Of a DNA stretch of 64,000 nt, positions 14,620 through 29,788 are shown piece by piece. The notes under the pieces were generated by a model that made no database searches, was not told where the DNA came from, and saw nothing but the letters and a program-made list of their open reading frames with translations. The DNA comes from the human T2T-CHM13v2.0 reference genome, Homo sapiens. Position numbers and translations under genes: made by a program. The stretch lies in the NCBI RefSeq assembly GCF_009914755.1, contig NC_060944.1. One strand, given 5' to 3'. Position 1 is the stretch's first letter. Every line of letters starts with the position of its first letter.

Positions 14620-15145
14620 GGTATCATTCCATTTTTCCTGCCGTGCAACAAGCCACCCCAAAACTTAGTAGCTTAAAATAACGTCTTATCATCGCTCATG
14701 GATCTGTGGCTTGACTGAACTCAACTGGCTGGTTTCCACTTGGTGTGTCTCATGCAATGCAGTCAGGTTTGTCTGGAGTGGCAGTCATCTGAAGGCTTAA
14801 TTGGGCTGGAGTGTTCAAGATGACCCAGTCACACGATTGCCAGACAATGTTGCAGCTCGGCTGGAGCTTTCAACTGAAATACCTCAATGTGGCTGGGGAG
14901 TTTCAGTGTAGCATCTGTGTTCTGAGAAGGGGATACCCAAGAGTGCAGGACACTATCAGGCATGTTAAGCTGAGCCTGGAATGGGCTCAGCATCACCTCT
15001 GCCATGTGCTACTGGTCAAAGCAGTCATGGGGCACACCCAGACTCAAAGGAGTACAAAGTAGATTATTCCTCTGGAAGGGAGTTTGGAAAAGTTACACTG
15101 CAGAATAACATGTGGGATAAATCTTTAGAAAATATAATATGCTGT
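14620..15145 (-). mobile_element. MLT1H-like MaLR LTR
   Basis: ccaccccaaaacttagtagcttaaaataac...catcacctctgccatgtgctactggtcaaagcagtca. Confidence 0.8.
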
Positions 15146-15759
15146 AAGTATCTACCTTCTTGACTGTGAAGAATTATTTCTTGCCTCTTTAAATCTTTCT
15201 GAGTTGTTAGTTGCAAATCGAGCATATGAATTGTGAACTTTCAATCCCACATAACTTCCAGAATGTCTTCATTTCAAATACATGTTGATTGGTCAGAGAA
15301 AATAATATTTTTTCTAAGACTCTAATCACCACATTCTTCTTGAAAGTAATGTCCAGTGTGGGCGCACCAAGTCTGTAGAGAGTCCACATAAGACAAATGC
15401 TTGCCATACCATCTTCTCATGATTCATTCATTTATTCCTTAAACATCTTAGTCTCAGGCACCATGGTAAATATTTGGGATGCGTAGATAAAAGGCACAGT
15501 CTCTTACGCTCAAGGGTTTGGCAGCCATAAGAGAAGTTTATTCACATCTCATCTTACAGACGCCTGGGGAGTTGGAGTTAAAATTCAGCAAATAAGCTTA
15601 AAATTGCATATTTTCAAAATTACTCTTTAAAATCCCTTAGGAAGTCACCACTTTGTATACTGTCTCACAACAAGCCCAACACAGATGTTTTTCATCCATT
15701 GTTGGAAACTGATTCTTGTTTTATTTTATCAAGCACTAAATAAAACAGCCACTTGGCAT

Positions 15760-16430
15760 ATAGGAGCCACTTCTCTGCTCTCAGCACTCGTCCTCTGGAC
15801 TGAACTGGCCTCCTGGTTGGTCTCCCTGCTCCCTCCCTTGCCCACCTACAGCCAGAGTAATCCTGCTTACGCTGAAGTTCGATCACTTCACTCCTCAGCT
15901 CAATAGCAGCCAATGCCCATGTTACTCAGAAACACATCAAAAGTCCTTTCTGTAGCCATTAAGGCTTCACATGATGTGACTCCTGTCTAACCTTCCAACA
16001 TCACCTCTAATCATGTTCCCCTTCACTCCCTGTACTCCAGACACACGAACACTTCCTCCTTCATGCCAAACCCAGTTAGGCCTCTGGACTTTTGGATTCC
16101 CTGCTCTTTCTGCCTAGAACATCCTTTCCCCAATTAGCCCATTCACTGATTCACCTCATTCAGTTTACTATTTAAAAGGAGGCTGGGCAGAAAGCTCGTC
16201 CCTGAGCACACTATATAAAATAACCTCCTCTCTCATTTTCTGTCCTCCTTATCTCATCTTATGTATCTTCACAGCACTTGTCACTACCTGAAATTGGGCA
16301 TCTGCCTCCCTCACTGAAATGTAGCCTCTATGAGGGCAGGCCTTTCATTAGCTTTGTACTTTAATGTATTCCCAACTCCTAGGATAGTGGCCAGCACATG
16401 GTGTTCAATGAATGTGTGTTGAGTGAACGA
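15760..16430 (+). mobile_element. L2 3' portion
   Basis: ggcctcctggttggtctccctgct...tgagggcagg...cagcacatggtgttcaatgaatgtgtgttgagtgaa. Confidence 0.8.
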
Positions 16431-16514
16431 CAGGATGTGTGGATGGGTTAGTTGGATGGGTGAGCAGAAAAATGGATATACATTTATGCATTGATAAATA
16501 GATACCACCTCTGG

Positions 16515-16915
16515 GTGGTGGAAGCTGTAATGTGCCACCCAGATCTAACATTTTTAGGACTGAGATACCCATTTCTCTAGCTACCAGGAGAACTGGTTGC
16601 TATTGGCTTCCAGCCATGGCCTCTTCAGTAATTGCCGTGAGCTAAAGGAGCTTCCTTGCCCAAATTTGTGCCCCCTTCCTAGGGTCAGCTTGCATCTATT
16701 GACTGGTTGAGTTGGAGGTGCATAAGCCTGGCCCTCTTGACTCATTTGGGGACAATTCTAAAGCCTTGGTTGCAATTGCAACACAGTTTAACTTCTCGTT
16801 ACCCAATTCTGCTCCCTCACTCTAAGGATGTTGGTCCCAAGATCATTCCCCAATAAATCTCCTGCCCCCAAATCTCCATATCAGAGTCTGTGACCAGGAG
16901 ACCTAACTTCGGACA
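16515..16915 (+). mobile_element. LTR16A-like ERVL LTR
   Basis: gtgccacccagatc...cccaataaatctcctgccccca aatctccatatcagagtctg...cggaca. Confidence 0.75.
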
Positions 16916-17561
16916 GTATGGTCCAAAAATACACTTTAAAACACTGGAATCACATGCAGTTTAGGGTTTTCTCGCACCACAAGAAAAATGTAGAAACTGT
17001 GAAAATCTAAATAGTCCATAGATTGAAATCTTCCATTTTACTCTCATCCCAAGGCACTTGCTCACAAGTAGAAATGCTGGCAAAATCGCACAACTCATTT
17101 GAACTCTGCTGCTCCTCTTTCCCCTCCCTCTGTCTCCCTGTGTGCTCCTCTATTTCTCTTTCCACACAGCTCATGCAGTTGAGCCCAACTACATTAAACG
17201 TGGATATGATGCTATCTCACTGTGTCCACTTTGACCAGGAAAGGTATCTCACCCACAGTAGACAGGCTTGTTGTAGAGTCTGGAAAGAACATTTCTCTTC
17301 AAAAAGGGGCAAGCTAGACTCTGATATACATGAACTCTGCACTGCTAATGGCAGGAAAATCAGCAGGAACTCAAAAGATGTCCTAAGAGCGGCCAAGAGG
17401 CATTGCATGAGGTGAAGTCAGGAAGAAGCTGAAGCATTTGAAAGAAGAAAATACACACAGGAAAAAAAGCTATGAGACACAGAGAGAGAATGCAGGGGAG
17501 AGGGTGAGGGAGCCAGCCATTAGAAGGGGAAGAACAAGAAACATCCTTTTCTTTTTAATAA

Positions 17562-17857
17562 GCATATAGGGTACAAACTTTCAGTTATAAATGAGTAAAT
17601 TCTGGGAATCTAAATTACAATATTGTAACTATAGTTAACCACAATATAGTCGAGTATTGTTTACTTGAAATTTGGTAAGAGCAGATCTAAAGTGTCCTCA
17701 CTACATGCACACTCAAATGGTAACTATGGGTGGCCATGGATGTGTTCATTACTTAGACTGTGGTAATCAGTACACAACATATGCATGTGTCAAATCATCA
17801 CATTGTATACTTCAAATATACACAATTTTTATTTATCAACTAAATACATTTTTTAAA
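17562..17857 (+). mobile_element. L1MA9/10-type 3' end
   Basis: gggtacaaactttcagttataa...cttgaaatttggtaagagcagatct...cattgtatacttcaaatatacacaattttt. Confidence 0.85.
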
Positions 17858-17878
17858 GCATGTGTTCAAGGATAATCA

Positions 17879-18200
<322 letters not shown>

Positions 18201-18331
18201 AAATTTTCATGTAATATTTTTTGTAGTAGCCAAATTATCTAATAGTCCATTGGTAGGTGAAGATTGGTTAAATATGTTACAGTATACCCATATTATGAGA
18301 TGCTATGAAGCCATCAAAAATAAAGCTGCTC

Positions 18332-18621
<290 letters not shown>

Positions 18622-19536
18622 ACTGCTCTATATGTGAAAGAATGAATAACATTTAGCATAAAATTTTCGTTCCTATTCAAAAAAGTGAGAAGCACAGAGA
18701 GGACAGTGAAGTGAGTAGGGAAGCCTTAGAGTAGGAAGCTATGGGCTCCAGCCACTCACCTCCCCAAAACTTTCTTGGGGGCTGATTGATGATCCAGCCG
18801 TATGTATGTCCTGAGGCCCAGATATACTGTGGGTCTCCTAGTCCCACTTGTTGAATTTCCCCATATTCATTACTACTCACGTGGCTAGGATTATTATTTT
18901 TCTAATTCCTGTAAATATTCTTTCAATAAACCCAGTATGTGAGGCTTTTGGGGTTCCTTAAACCCCAAAATATCTTACTGGCAAACATAATTATTACAAA
19001 ATGATAATGGCCACCATTACTATTATATACTATTATTACATATGTTATCACATACCATTATTATTACATACCAGGCATTCACTATCTCATAAATCCTTAT
19101 GACAATTTGAAAGAGTGAAGAACCTGAGTATTTAGAAAGAGTGTCCAATACTAGGGAATTGGTTGGATAAATTATTGTAAGTCAGGTCAGTGCAGCTGAA
19201 CTGGATTCAAAACTAGCTGTATCAGATTCTATATCTCAAACCAGTCTGATTCTTAAGCATGTGTTATAGTGGCTGGGCTCTATTCTGCAGCACTAGGTAC
19301 TATCAGAGGAAGTGGAAGGAAGACAGAGGAAGACATGGAGCTAGGAGGAGGGCCCTAAGCTGTCCTGAGTGTCACAGTTCTGCGCTTAGTTCCAAGTTGG
19401 AAGCCCCTGGCTGATCCCTGGTGGATCCCCAAAGGCCAGTTCTCAAGAGGGTTTGCCTCCCAGTGAACCCTTGGTCTGAGAGAATAATAATAGTACCGCT
19501 ATGCAGACTGACCATGAAGAATTCAACTATGGATTC

Positions 19537-19835
19537 TTTTTTTTTAAACAGAGTCTCACTCTGTCACCCAGGCTGGAGTGCAGTGGCATGATCTTGGCTT
19601 ACTGTAGCCTTCCCCTCCCAGGTTGAAGCTGTTGTCCTGCCTCAGCCTCCCAAGTAGATGGGATTGTAGGCATTTGCCACCACGCCTGGCTAATTTTTTA
19701 AAATTTATTTATTTTAGTACAGACAGGGTTTCGCCATGTTGGCCAGGCTGGTCTCAAACTACTGACCTCAAGTGATCCACCCACCTTGGCCTCTCAAAGT
19801 GCTGTGATTACAGGCATGAGCCACCGCACCCAGCC
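19537..19835 (-). mobile_element. AluS
   Basis: Full dimer antisense; tatggattc on both flanks. Confidence 0.92.
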
Positions 19836-20804
19836 CGATTATGGATTCCTAAAGAAAATCAGACAAAAGACTGAAAAGAAAAGTCATCCTGTCGCTTGCT
19901 CTGCTAGGCCATATGGTTGAACAAAAACCATGCCACAGCAAGGTTCCTCTCACTCACAGGTGATTCTAACATCCATTTACCTAACCATTCTTCTTTTTCT
20001 GCATACATACATGTGCATTTTACAACTATGCCGTCTGTGTTACCATAGTTATGGTCCTGTGAGCATTTCCATAAAAATGACAGTAAATCTTTCTTTTCTG
20101 GGGTTCATAAATAGCCTATAAAAACTAGGTCTCGGTTGAAACTTATTCCCAACAGTTTCCAGCCATGACACTAATAGAGTTCATTAGCAAATTAAGCAAA
20201 TATCAATTTACTTGGCAAGCTAAAAAAGCACAAACGTTTACTATTTCCAGAGGCAAACAGGCATTCGTAAAGGAGAAAAATAAACTAAGTCCCAGCATAA
20301 CCAAAATTATAGACTTACCCTTAATTTTAATGTCTGTAAGTCATTCCTTTGATTAATTTAAAATGTTAAAAAGTCAGATTAGTACCGTACAATGTACAGA
20401 TGTTTCCTGTTTGCATTTGCTAGAGATTTTTTTATAATAAACAACAGAAATGGGAAATGGCTACCTTAGGCCAGATGGAAATTTACCACAGGGATTTTCA
20501 GGATCACACGGGATCATTGGAAAGCCGGAGAGGATGAGGAGGAACTGAGGTTGAATTGGATGGAAAGCAGATCCAAATTGTCTTGGCAGCAGAAACTGCT
20601 GGACAGCACCTTTTCTGAAATGAAGGCATTCTAACCCTTTCACTTCTATCCTCAGCCTTTCAGTCTAGATTTAAAATCTCGTGAAAGGGTATGGCCAGCC
20701 AAGCCTAAGTTACGTGGCTGCTGCCTGTTTTGAGGGCATCTGATCTTGATGTTCCCACAATGGGGGATGGTGAGTTTCCAGCTGTGTCATTTACAAATGC
20801 CAAG

Positions 20805-20915
20805 AAAGAGATAGAGACAAAGAGACAGAAAGGAGGGAGGAGAGAGAGAGTGGGAGAGACAGTGAGGAAGAAAAAGAAGAGAAAAAGAGAGAAGGGGAGA
20901 AAGAAAGAAAATAGA
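20805..20915. repeat. GA-rich low-complexity tract
   Basis: Strongly purine-rich run on plus strand. Confidence 0.75.
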
Positions 20916-21026
20916 TAAAACCACATAAATATCCAATACTTGATAATTAGAGGGATAAATTATGCTAAAAATACACAATGGAATGCCATTCAATCATTAG
21001 AAATTATGTTACTAAAAAAACATGTA

Positions 21027-21368
<342 letters not shown>

Positions 21369-21599
21369 TTAACAGATAGTGTGTTCAAAATAATCCTATT
21401 TTAGAACTAAATAAATAACTGAATAAAATAAGAAAGCGTGTGTGCCTAGAAGAAAAACTGGTGATGGGATTTCAAGTTATTTCTTTCTTATTTTAGCTAA
21501 TCTCTGTGATCTAAGTTTTTAAAAATAGATCTATGTTGCTTTTGAAAAAGTGATAAAAAGTGAAAAGAACTTTAGAGGTTTCAAAACTGCATCTTGAGT

Positions 21600-21760
21600 C
21601 TCTGAGGTAAATCTAACAAGTACTGTAGTGTTACTATCCCATTCCATAGATGGGGAAGTTGAGGTATAGAGAGGATATTTTCATACGGAATCACAAGGCC
21701 GAATCAAGATAGGAGCCAGGACATTCACCTCAATGTCTTGGTTCTCTTTCACTAACCCAC
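21600..21760 (-). mobile_element. MIR
   Basis: tatcccattccatagatggggaagttgaggtatagagagg core. Confidence 0.65.
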
Positions 21761-21921
21761 AAGTGGTCGTCTTCTAGGAAACGTGGAGTCACCTGGTCGT
21801 GACCTTTGACAAAAGGGTAAGAACTGGGCATTCAGTTCTCTTCTTGTGAGTCAGGTCAGCCTCTCTACTTACTTTAGCTTTAAGAGCTGACTTGGAAGCC
21901 AGTAAAGCTTGGGCTTTTTCT

Positions 21922-21955
<34 letters not shown>

Positions 21956-23004
21956 CAGAGAGGGCAATTGAAGTGGTATTGGAAATTCTGAGTGTTGTAT
22001 CGGAATCGCCTAATGTTATCTTTCTCATGCCATTTTGAAATCATCTCTGTGTCTGAAAGGTCACAAACAGTGGCTAAATAGCATTGATTTCCAGGCACTT
22101 ACAAATGTACATGACAACTCCTGAAAGGGGCTTTCATGGATTGAAGAGCAGCTGAGCCAATGGGATGCGGTTGGTAAATATCTTCTTTGAACAATGTGGA
22201 CTGAGTCATTATAAAGAAAATAAATCTGTAGGCGTATGTCACCAGCAGACATGAAATGGAGCCGTGCTTTCCTGAGGTGAAGGCTGCAACATCCTTAAAG
22301 CCCAGCTGACCTGGGCCACAGCTTGGGGACGGACATTTGCCTGCACAGACACCACGACTGCCTTAAGAAATGAGCTCCTCCCTCCATGCCCCCAAGGGAC
22401 TGCAGTTCCATAACGGAAAAGTGAATTAGACTTAGTCTGTGTGGGGCAGAGGCACAAGGTTGATGGATGTTGCTTTTCACTGTGAATTCAGAAAGCTCTT
22501 AGAAAACGCGGTCAAATTTAATTTAAATGCTTTTCATTTGAGATACTTCAGTCAGTGCCAGGGACCGATGGCAATTTCTGATTTCAGGACATCAGTTGAG
22601 CCATGAGCCCACCTTTTTTCCTAGCAAGAAAAGCAGTGGAGTAATTCAGCAGCGGGTCTGTCTCACGTGGCCCCCTGTGCCTTTGCACAGTGGCCAGCCC
22701 TCATGCCCCACAACTAAATATGTGTTGAGAGCCTCGGCCTTGGCTGTGTGTGAGGGCACAGTGGGCTCCAGTCCCAGGGAAGGGACCACATTGAAAGCCC
22801 AAGCAAGTGAGTTTGTTAATCCCCTTAACCAAATGCCAAATTAATCAGAAGAAATCTGTATTCCAATAGAGATGACTCCTGCCTACTGTGTGGATTTCTA
22901 TTGTTTGCTTTTTCCTAAGCATTTAGGTAAGGGTACTTTCCTGGATTATTTCCTGTGTAGCATCAAGTTTTCGAGAGGAGTAAAAGGAACATTTGATCTC
23001 ATGT

Positions 23005-23340
23005 CAGATAGGCCTCAAAGTATGGCGCAGGGTTCCTGAAGGGTCCCCCAGATCCTCTTGGGGCCACACTAAGTAAAAACTATCTTTTAAATAATGCTAC
23101 AATGTTATTTGTCTTTTTCAAGCTCATTCTCTCACGAGCATACAGTGGAGTTTTCCAGAGGCTTTAAGACGCATAATGTTATCATCACTCTGATGGCCAT
23201 GGAGTGTGTGCTTGTGTATTCTTGTCTTTCAAAATTCTCTGTTTTAATTTTTACAAGATAAATATTTACAGAAATCACCTGCATAAGCAAAATCTCCTTG
23301 GGATCTTCGGTAAGCTTTAAGAGTGTTTGAAAACCGTTGA
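23005..23340. mobile_element. hAT-Charlie non-autonomous element (MER119-like)
   Basis: ctcattctctcacgagcatacagtggagttttccagaggct; ends gtttgaaaaccgttg. Confidence 0.65.
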
Positions 23341-25713
23341 TCTAATGTTTTTAGACAATTAGATCTGCTTCCCAATCTGTTGACAGGCTGTGGTGAAGAT
23401 TACATTAGATGAAGTTCATGGCATTGAGACAATATACCAAAATTCATCCTTCTCTGCTCAAATGCAGCCATTGTTTCAGGTTGATCTGAGCATTCAACTT
23501 TACCCTTTATGGGAGTATCATGCCTGCATGAAAATACCCATTGCCCCCTCTCCATAAGGCCATGCCCTCAGCTCCAGGCCTGCCCCTTTATCCAACTTCC
23601 TACTGCAGCCTTCTCTGGGTATCATTTCGGTAGATATTAGGTGCATGGTACTTTTTCAAGGGTATCTATCTAGTAGACACCATAAGACCATACCCCCATG
23701 GGACGCAGCCAGAGTCTTTCTGGAAACGAGTGGTCACTTCTGGTATCAACCACTCCAAGATGCAGAAGGTTTTCAGACAGCAACCAGATCTTGGAGAGGA
23801 ACTTCTCAGTGTCTTTCTGGGTCTCACCTTATTGGGCTAGGATTGTTTAGGATGTAGTATATTTGTGATGGCTCCCAGATGTGGAGGTGAGATGGTATCT
23901 GGCACTTGGAGAGAGACAAGAAGCCTGGCAGACGGGACACCTACCTGGGCAGATTTCTTCCATCCTATTAATCCCCAAACACTCTGTATTAACTTCTCAG
24001 GGATCATTGGTTCTTCAGAAAAATACAGTCCCCATTTCCCTCATTCTGTCATGTGTGAGATCCTGACACACCCATTTCCTCTACAGGAGGTCAACTCTAT
24101 TCTGTGTCAGAAAAAAAAATTGAGCAGGAAAAGTCTCATGGCAGGAAAACCCACCAGAGAGGGTGGGGACTGAGAGGAAATCTGGATTGGACAGATCTTT
24201 CTCAAGTAAGAATATCAGGATTTATGATCGAGTAGACGTGGGGAGTGAGGGGGAAAAAAGCAACTCTGGCTGACTCCAAGGGTCTGGCTTGGAATACAGG
24301 ACTAATGGACAGAGACCATTCACTGAGGCAGAGTAATGAAAGAAGAGCTCTGGATTAGGAGGTAGGAGGAAGGACGAAGAGTCGTTAGAAATTCTGGCCT
24401 AGATTGTAGGCTAGAGGTCAGCCTTAAAGTCATAAAATGGCAGCTGAATCCCGGAGGGAGTGTGCTCTGCCTCTGAGACATTTCTGAAGCAAATTCACAG
24501 CAGAACTCTTGGTGGAAGAACCAAGGTGGCAGAAAATCAGCCATCTGTTTTGCAAGATTCTATAGAGTCCTTGTTGCTGAATCTTGTTGTTGACTGCCTT
24601 TCCTGATGGCACTTCTGGTTCCCTGACTTGATTTCCCCTTTGGCCTTCAGATCTGCTTTTGTACCCCAAAACTTGGCTCTCTCCCTCTGCTCCTCAAGTC
24701 TTCCCTCTTTCAACACTTTCCCTCCTGAATCCACTGGGAAGGCTTAGAACATCCAAGGCAAACACTCTATAACTGGCTCTGCTGCTCAGTTCCCCACACA
24801 TCCTCTTTTTTTGTACACTTCCAAGACCATCTCAGAAAATCCTTTATTCTCTCTTTGCTGAGTCTCTTTATTAGAAACTTGAGGGAGGGGGAGACCACAC
24901 AGGGAGGGCATGTAGAGCAAGAAGAGGAAAGGATCTCAGTAGAATATGAACAATAAGGCAACCATTAGCACACTTGAAAGACTCTCCACTTTCTTCTATT
25001 GTGTGCTTTTCTGAGTTTTGTTTTCAAGGGAATTATCTTAAATAGCAAATTTAAAGAATTTATGTCATTTGGTAAATTTGTATTAGGGCCAGATCTCTTA
25101 CCCTCGAAATGATTCAATTCATTATAGCAAATGTTATTCCATTCAAAAGTCAAATGTAACAACAGAACATCAGAAAGAACAAAAATATCTGCAACCTGCA
25201 CAGTGGTTTCTTTGTAACAAATGTGTGTACAAATAATGTCTTCTATTTTAAGAATGTAGGTGGTCCTTTATAATTCACTACTGACCAAAATTTGTTGTTT
25301 ACTAGATATTTTACATGAAGATGAGAAATTAGATGAGGTAGGGCCAACAGTTTGTTTAATTTGGATCACTTGCAAGTTTTTGCTGAGTGATGAGTAAACT
25401 AAACGACCATACTTGCTAAATTTCCTAGGTAGGTGGTATGAAAGTGAGTTAGGAATTTGGCAGGACTTATTTCACAAGATAAAGGTCACAAAGACCCCAC
25501 TGATAAAACAGCTTGTAGTAAAGAAGCCGGCCAAAACCCACCAAAACCAAGATGGCAATGAAAGTGACCTCTGGTGGTCCTCACTGCTCATATGCTAATT
25601 ATAATACATTAGCATACTAACGGAATTTCCCACCAGTGCCATGACAGTGTACAAACGCCATAGCAACTTCCAGAAGTTATCCTATATGGTCTAAAAAAGG
25701 GAGAAATCCTCCC

Positions 25714-25743
25714 TTCCAGGAATTCTCCATCCTTTTCCCAGAA
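25714..25743. promoter_or_regulatory. Tandem GAS (STAT) motifs
   Basis: TTCCAGGAA 25714-25722 and TTCCCAGAA 25735-25743 both match TTCN3GAA. Confidence 0.6.
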
Positions 25744-25842
25744 AACTCATGAATAATCCACCCCTTGTTTAGCATATGATCAAGAAATAACCATAAAAAT
25801 AGCCAACCAGCAGCCCTCAGGGCTGCTTTGCCTATAGAGTAG

Positions 25843-26160
<318 letters not shown>

Positions 26161-26401
26161 TATTCCTTTACTTTCTTAAAAAAAATTGCTTTCACTTTAC
26201 TTTGTTGGCTCACTCTTGAATTCCTTCTTGCCTGAAGCCAAAAACCCATGTGGCCTCCTGAGCTGAGCTCCAATTTGGGGGTTCTCCATGTGATAAGAGT
26301 GTCAGAGGCATGGTTTATCTGTCAATTCTGATGTAAGTGACAATTTGTAAGTTCTCTGAAATGCTATTGTCAATAATCTACTTGAAATGGATGAAGAAAC
26401 T

Positions 26402-26700
26402 TATACAAGTCAGAATAGGCTAGGTTATGCTGCAGTGACAAACAGTCCCCAGATCTCAATGGTTTGAGTAGCAAATTTAAGATTCATGTTCATTGGTGGC
26501 AGATGAAGGAGTTTACTCAATGTCGTTTACGCAGAGACCCAGGCTAGTTACAGCAGGAGGAGGGAGAGGGAAAATGAGGAATCATCATTCACTCTTAATC
26601 CCGGAAGCTACAAATGTTATTTTGCTCACATTGTATTAGCCCACAAGTCACACAGTTGGTCTAAATTCAACAGAGAACTGGAAATAGAAAGTTAAGTATT
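26402..26700 (-). mobile_element. MLT1J-like MaLR LTR
   Basis: gtcagaataggctaggttatgctgcagtgacaaacagtccccagatctcaatggttt. Confidence 0.7.
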
Positions 26701-27799
26701 ACATTATGAACAAGTGTAAAATTTAACAGAACAGAAATAAAGATGTCTTCAGTTTTAAATCCTAAGCTCATCATCTAAATATTCCACACGAAGACAAAAG
26801 CAAAGAGAAAAATAAAATATTGTGACCCTAGACACATGTTGAGAATTTGAATTATATGATGTTTAGAAGTAAGATATTTGGGGAACAAAAACATATATTC
26901 ACATCTTACTTTATCGACGAAATTCAAGCAGTTTATGTGACTTGCCTAAGATCACACAGGTAGTTAGCAGTATAGCAGTCTTTGAAATAGGAACTCTGCA
27001 AAGGCTAAATTTTAAAATCACGACAATAAAGGAAAGGTTTGCATGAGAAGCATTTTATGTTTACAATCATTAATTACTTCTTTATTCTTTTTGTAAGGGG
27101 CTAATTGCCACTTACATCCAATGGGAGTAAAATCAAATCACTACTCAGCAACCCCCATGCTCTTCTGTCAACATGGACAATCTCAACAGATAAGCAGCTG
27201 CCTGTTACTTTCTCTGTGAGCTTATCCTTCAAGCAAAGCCTCAGGGTAAAGCCTAAACATATGTTTAGGCATGACATTTGAAGTTAAGTACAAGGGTTGG
27301 GAAATATTAAAGAGGCCTAAGAGAGCCTGATTCACCCCAAATAGAGTTCTCCAATAATCATGTGCTCTTAATATTCCACAGAGGAAATAAAAGAGATGGG
27401 AAATTAATTGCAGCACAAAATACCTTGACCATAAACTCTGGCATAATTAATTTCCCTTCTGAGCTTGATTAACAATCAAAAATGGAATAAGTCACCATGC
27501 ATGCTTTTCTCATAAGACCTATTCTGTTGGAATAAAAAACTTGTCTCCAAGAATCACAGAGAAACATAAGGAAAAACAAAAAATAATAAAGCAAATCCAT
27601 GAGAAGAAATGACGCCTCTGTGATGAAGCCTGAATAGGCTTGACTGAGGATATTTTAATTGTGTTTTGACAATGAGATTGAACATTGAGGACTGTGGCTG
27701 AAAAATAGCCCATAAGAAATCAGCCATGTTTTTAATTAAGACACTTATGGCTCACCTGGTTGTGATTCTCCTATAAGTTGTAGAGGAACAGGAGGTAAA

Positions 27800-28100
27800 T
27801 TAGTCAATTACGGCATCTTGGAAGTTTTCTTCTCCAAACATCATTCCACTGTAGGACCTTCTCTTGACAATCTGCTTGATGTTCACTTTACTGCAGGTCC
27901 AGAGATTGGGTAGCTCACAGCAACTCGAGCTCTGAAAATTAGCAGGTTTTTCTTTAAATGAAGCTGAAATTTGCCTCACCAAAATTTTTCTACCATTTAT
28001 TCTTGTCTGTGTCCCTAAGGTGAGGCAGAAAAAGCCTGTCCCATCTGCCACTACTTTTTCAAATATTTGAAGGTAGTTTTTATGTTTCCATTTGAATTTT
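27800..28100 (-). mobile_element. L3/CR1 LINE 3' fragment
   Basis: gagctctgaaaattagcaggtttttctttaaatgaagctgaaatttgcctc...ttcaaatatttgaaggtag, antisense to CR1 3' end. Confidence 0.6.
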
Positions 28101-28515
28101 CATAACACATAAAGTGAGCTACATACGAAAAATCTTATGGATACCTCAAGTGTGTCAAGGTACTTAAGTAGCCAGACCATGGTTCTGTACTCTACTCATC
28201 TACAGAGAGTGTGGCCCCTGAGAACATACATGCTGTCACATGTGGGAAGTTTACCCTCCACCTGGCTGGGTGTATTTCCTGGAAAAGACATTCTGGAAAG
28301 AGAGAAAGCAAGTTGGGGAACTGAGACCCTAAGGGCATAGCCATTGGTAGCAGAACTTTAATCTCCTCGAGGTGCAAGTGGAAGTTAGCCTGTCATGACA
28401 ATGATCAGGACGCTTTTGGCCACGCTGCTGTTGTGGTTTGTGCTGCTGCTCTTTTGATTGTGTTAGAGGGGATGAGTCATCCCTCTCATGCCCTGTGGTC
28501 ACCTGGTTGTGATGA

Positions 28516-28929
<414 letters not shown>

Positions 28930-29486
28930 TCTTGTTTAGCTTTTATTTAATAATCATGAAATTAAATGTGAAGTCTGGCTAGACTTGGAAGGAGGTAAGG
29001 CAGGTATGAAGCCTGAAGAACTATAGCAAATGAGACCTCAAAGATTATGGGATATGAGAACAGACTGGGAGTGGGGCTGCTCTCCTTAGCTGAAGAAGAC
29101 ATTGTTTGGTGATAAAAATAACATAAAATCAAATTATGAGAGTTACTGGTGCAGCAGTGGTAATCTTCCTGCTGTCTTGCCAATCCTAGAGCAAAAACAT
29201 TCCATAGATTCCACATTATTCATACCAATGACCATAGGCTTGCCATCCAGCCTGTGGTCCAGCCAATCAGTATGAATAGTGTGGACTAAAAACCAGGAAC
29301 CATTTGTGTTGGGCCCATCATTTGTCATGAATAAGATCCCAAAACTCATATGATTCAGCATGAAGTTCTCATCAGGAAATTTCTTCCCATGGATGAACTT
29401 GCCACCAGAGCCATGATGGCAGGTGAATTCCCCACCCTGGCATATAAACTGTACAATAATTCTGTGAAAGCATAAATCTTATAACT

Positions 29487-29788
<302 letters not shown>

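Noticed and set aside
20461-20640. Possible minus-strand exon with one open frame
   Set aside because: Weak donor (AAG|GTAGCC), unrecognisable peptide, no partner exons.
21923-21953. Orphan poly(T) tract (also poly(A) at about 50186 and 56218) as severely truncated retroinsertions
   Set aside because: No flanking target-site duplications visible.
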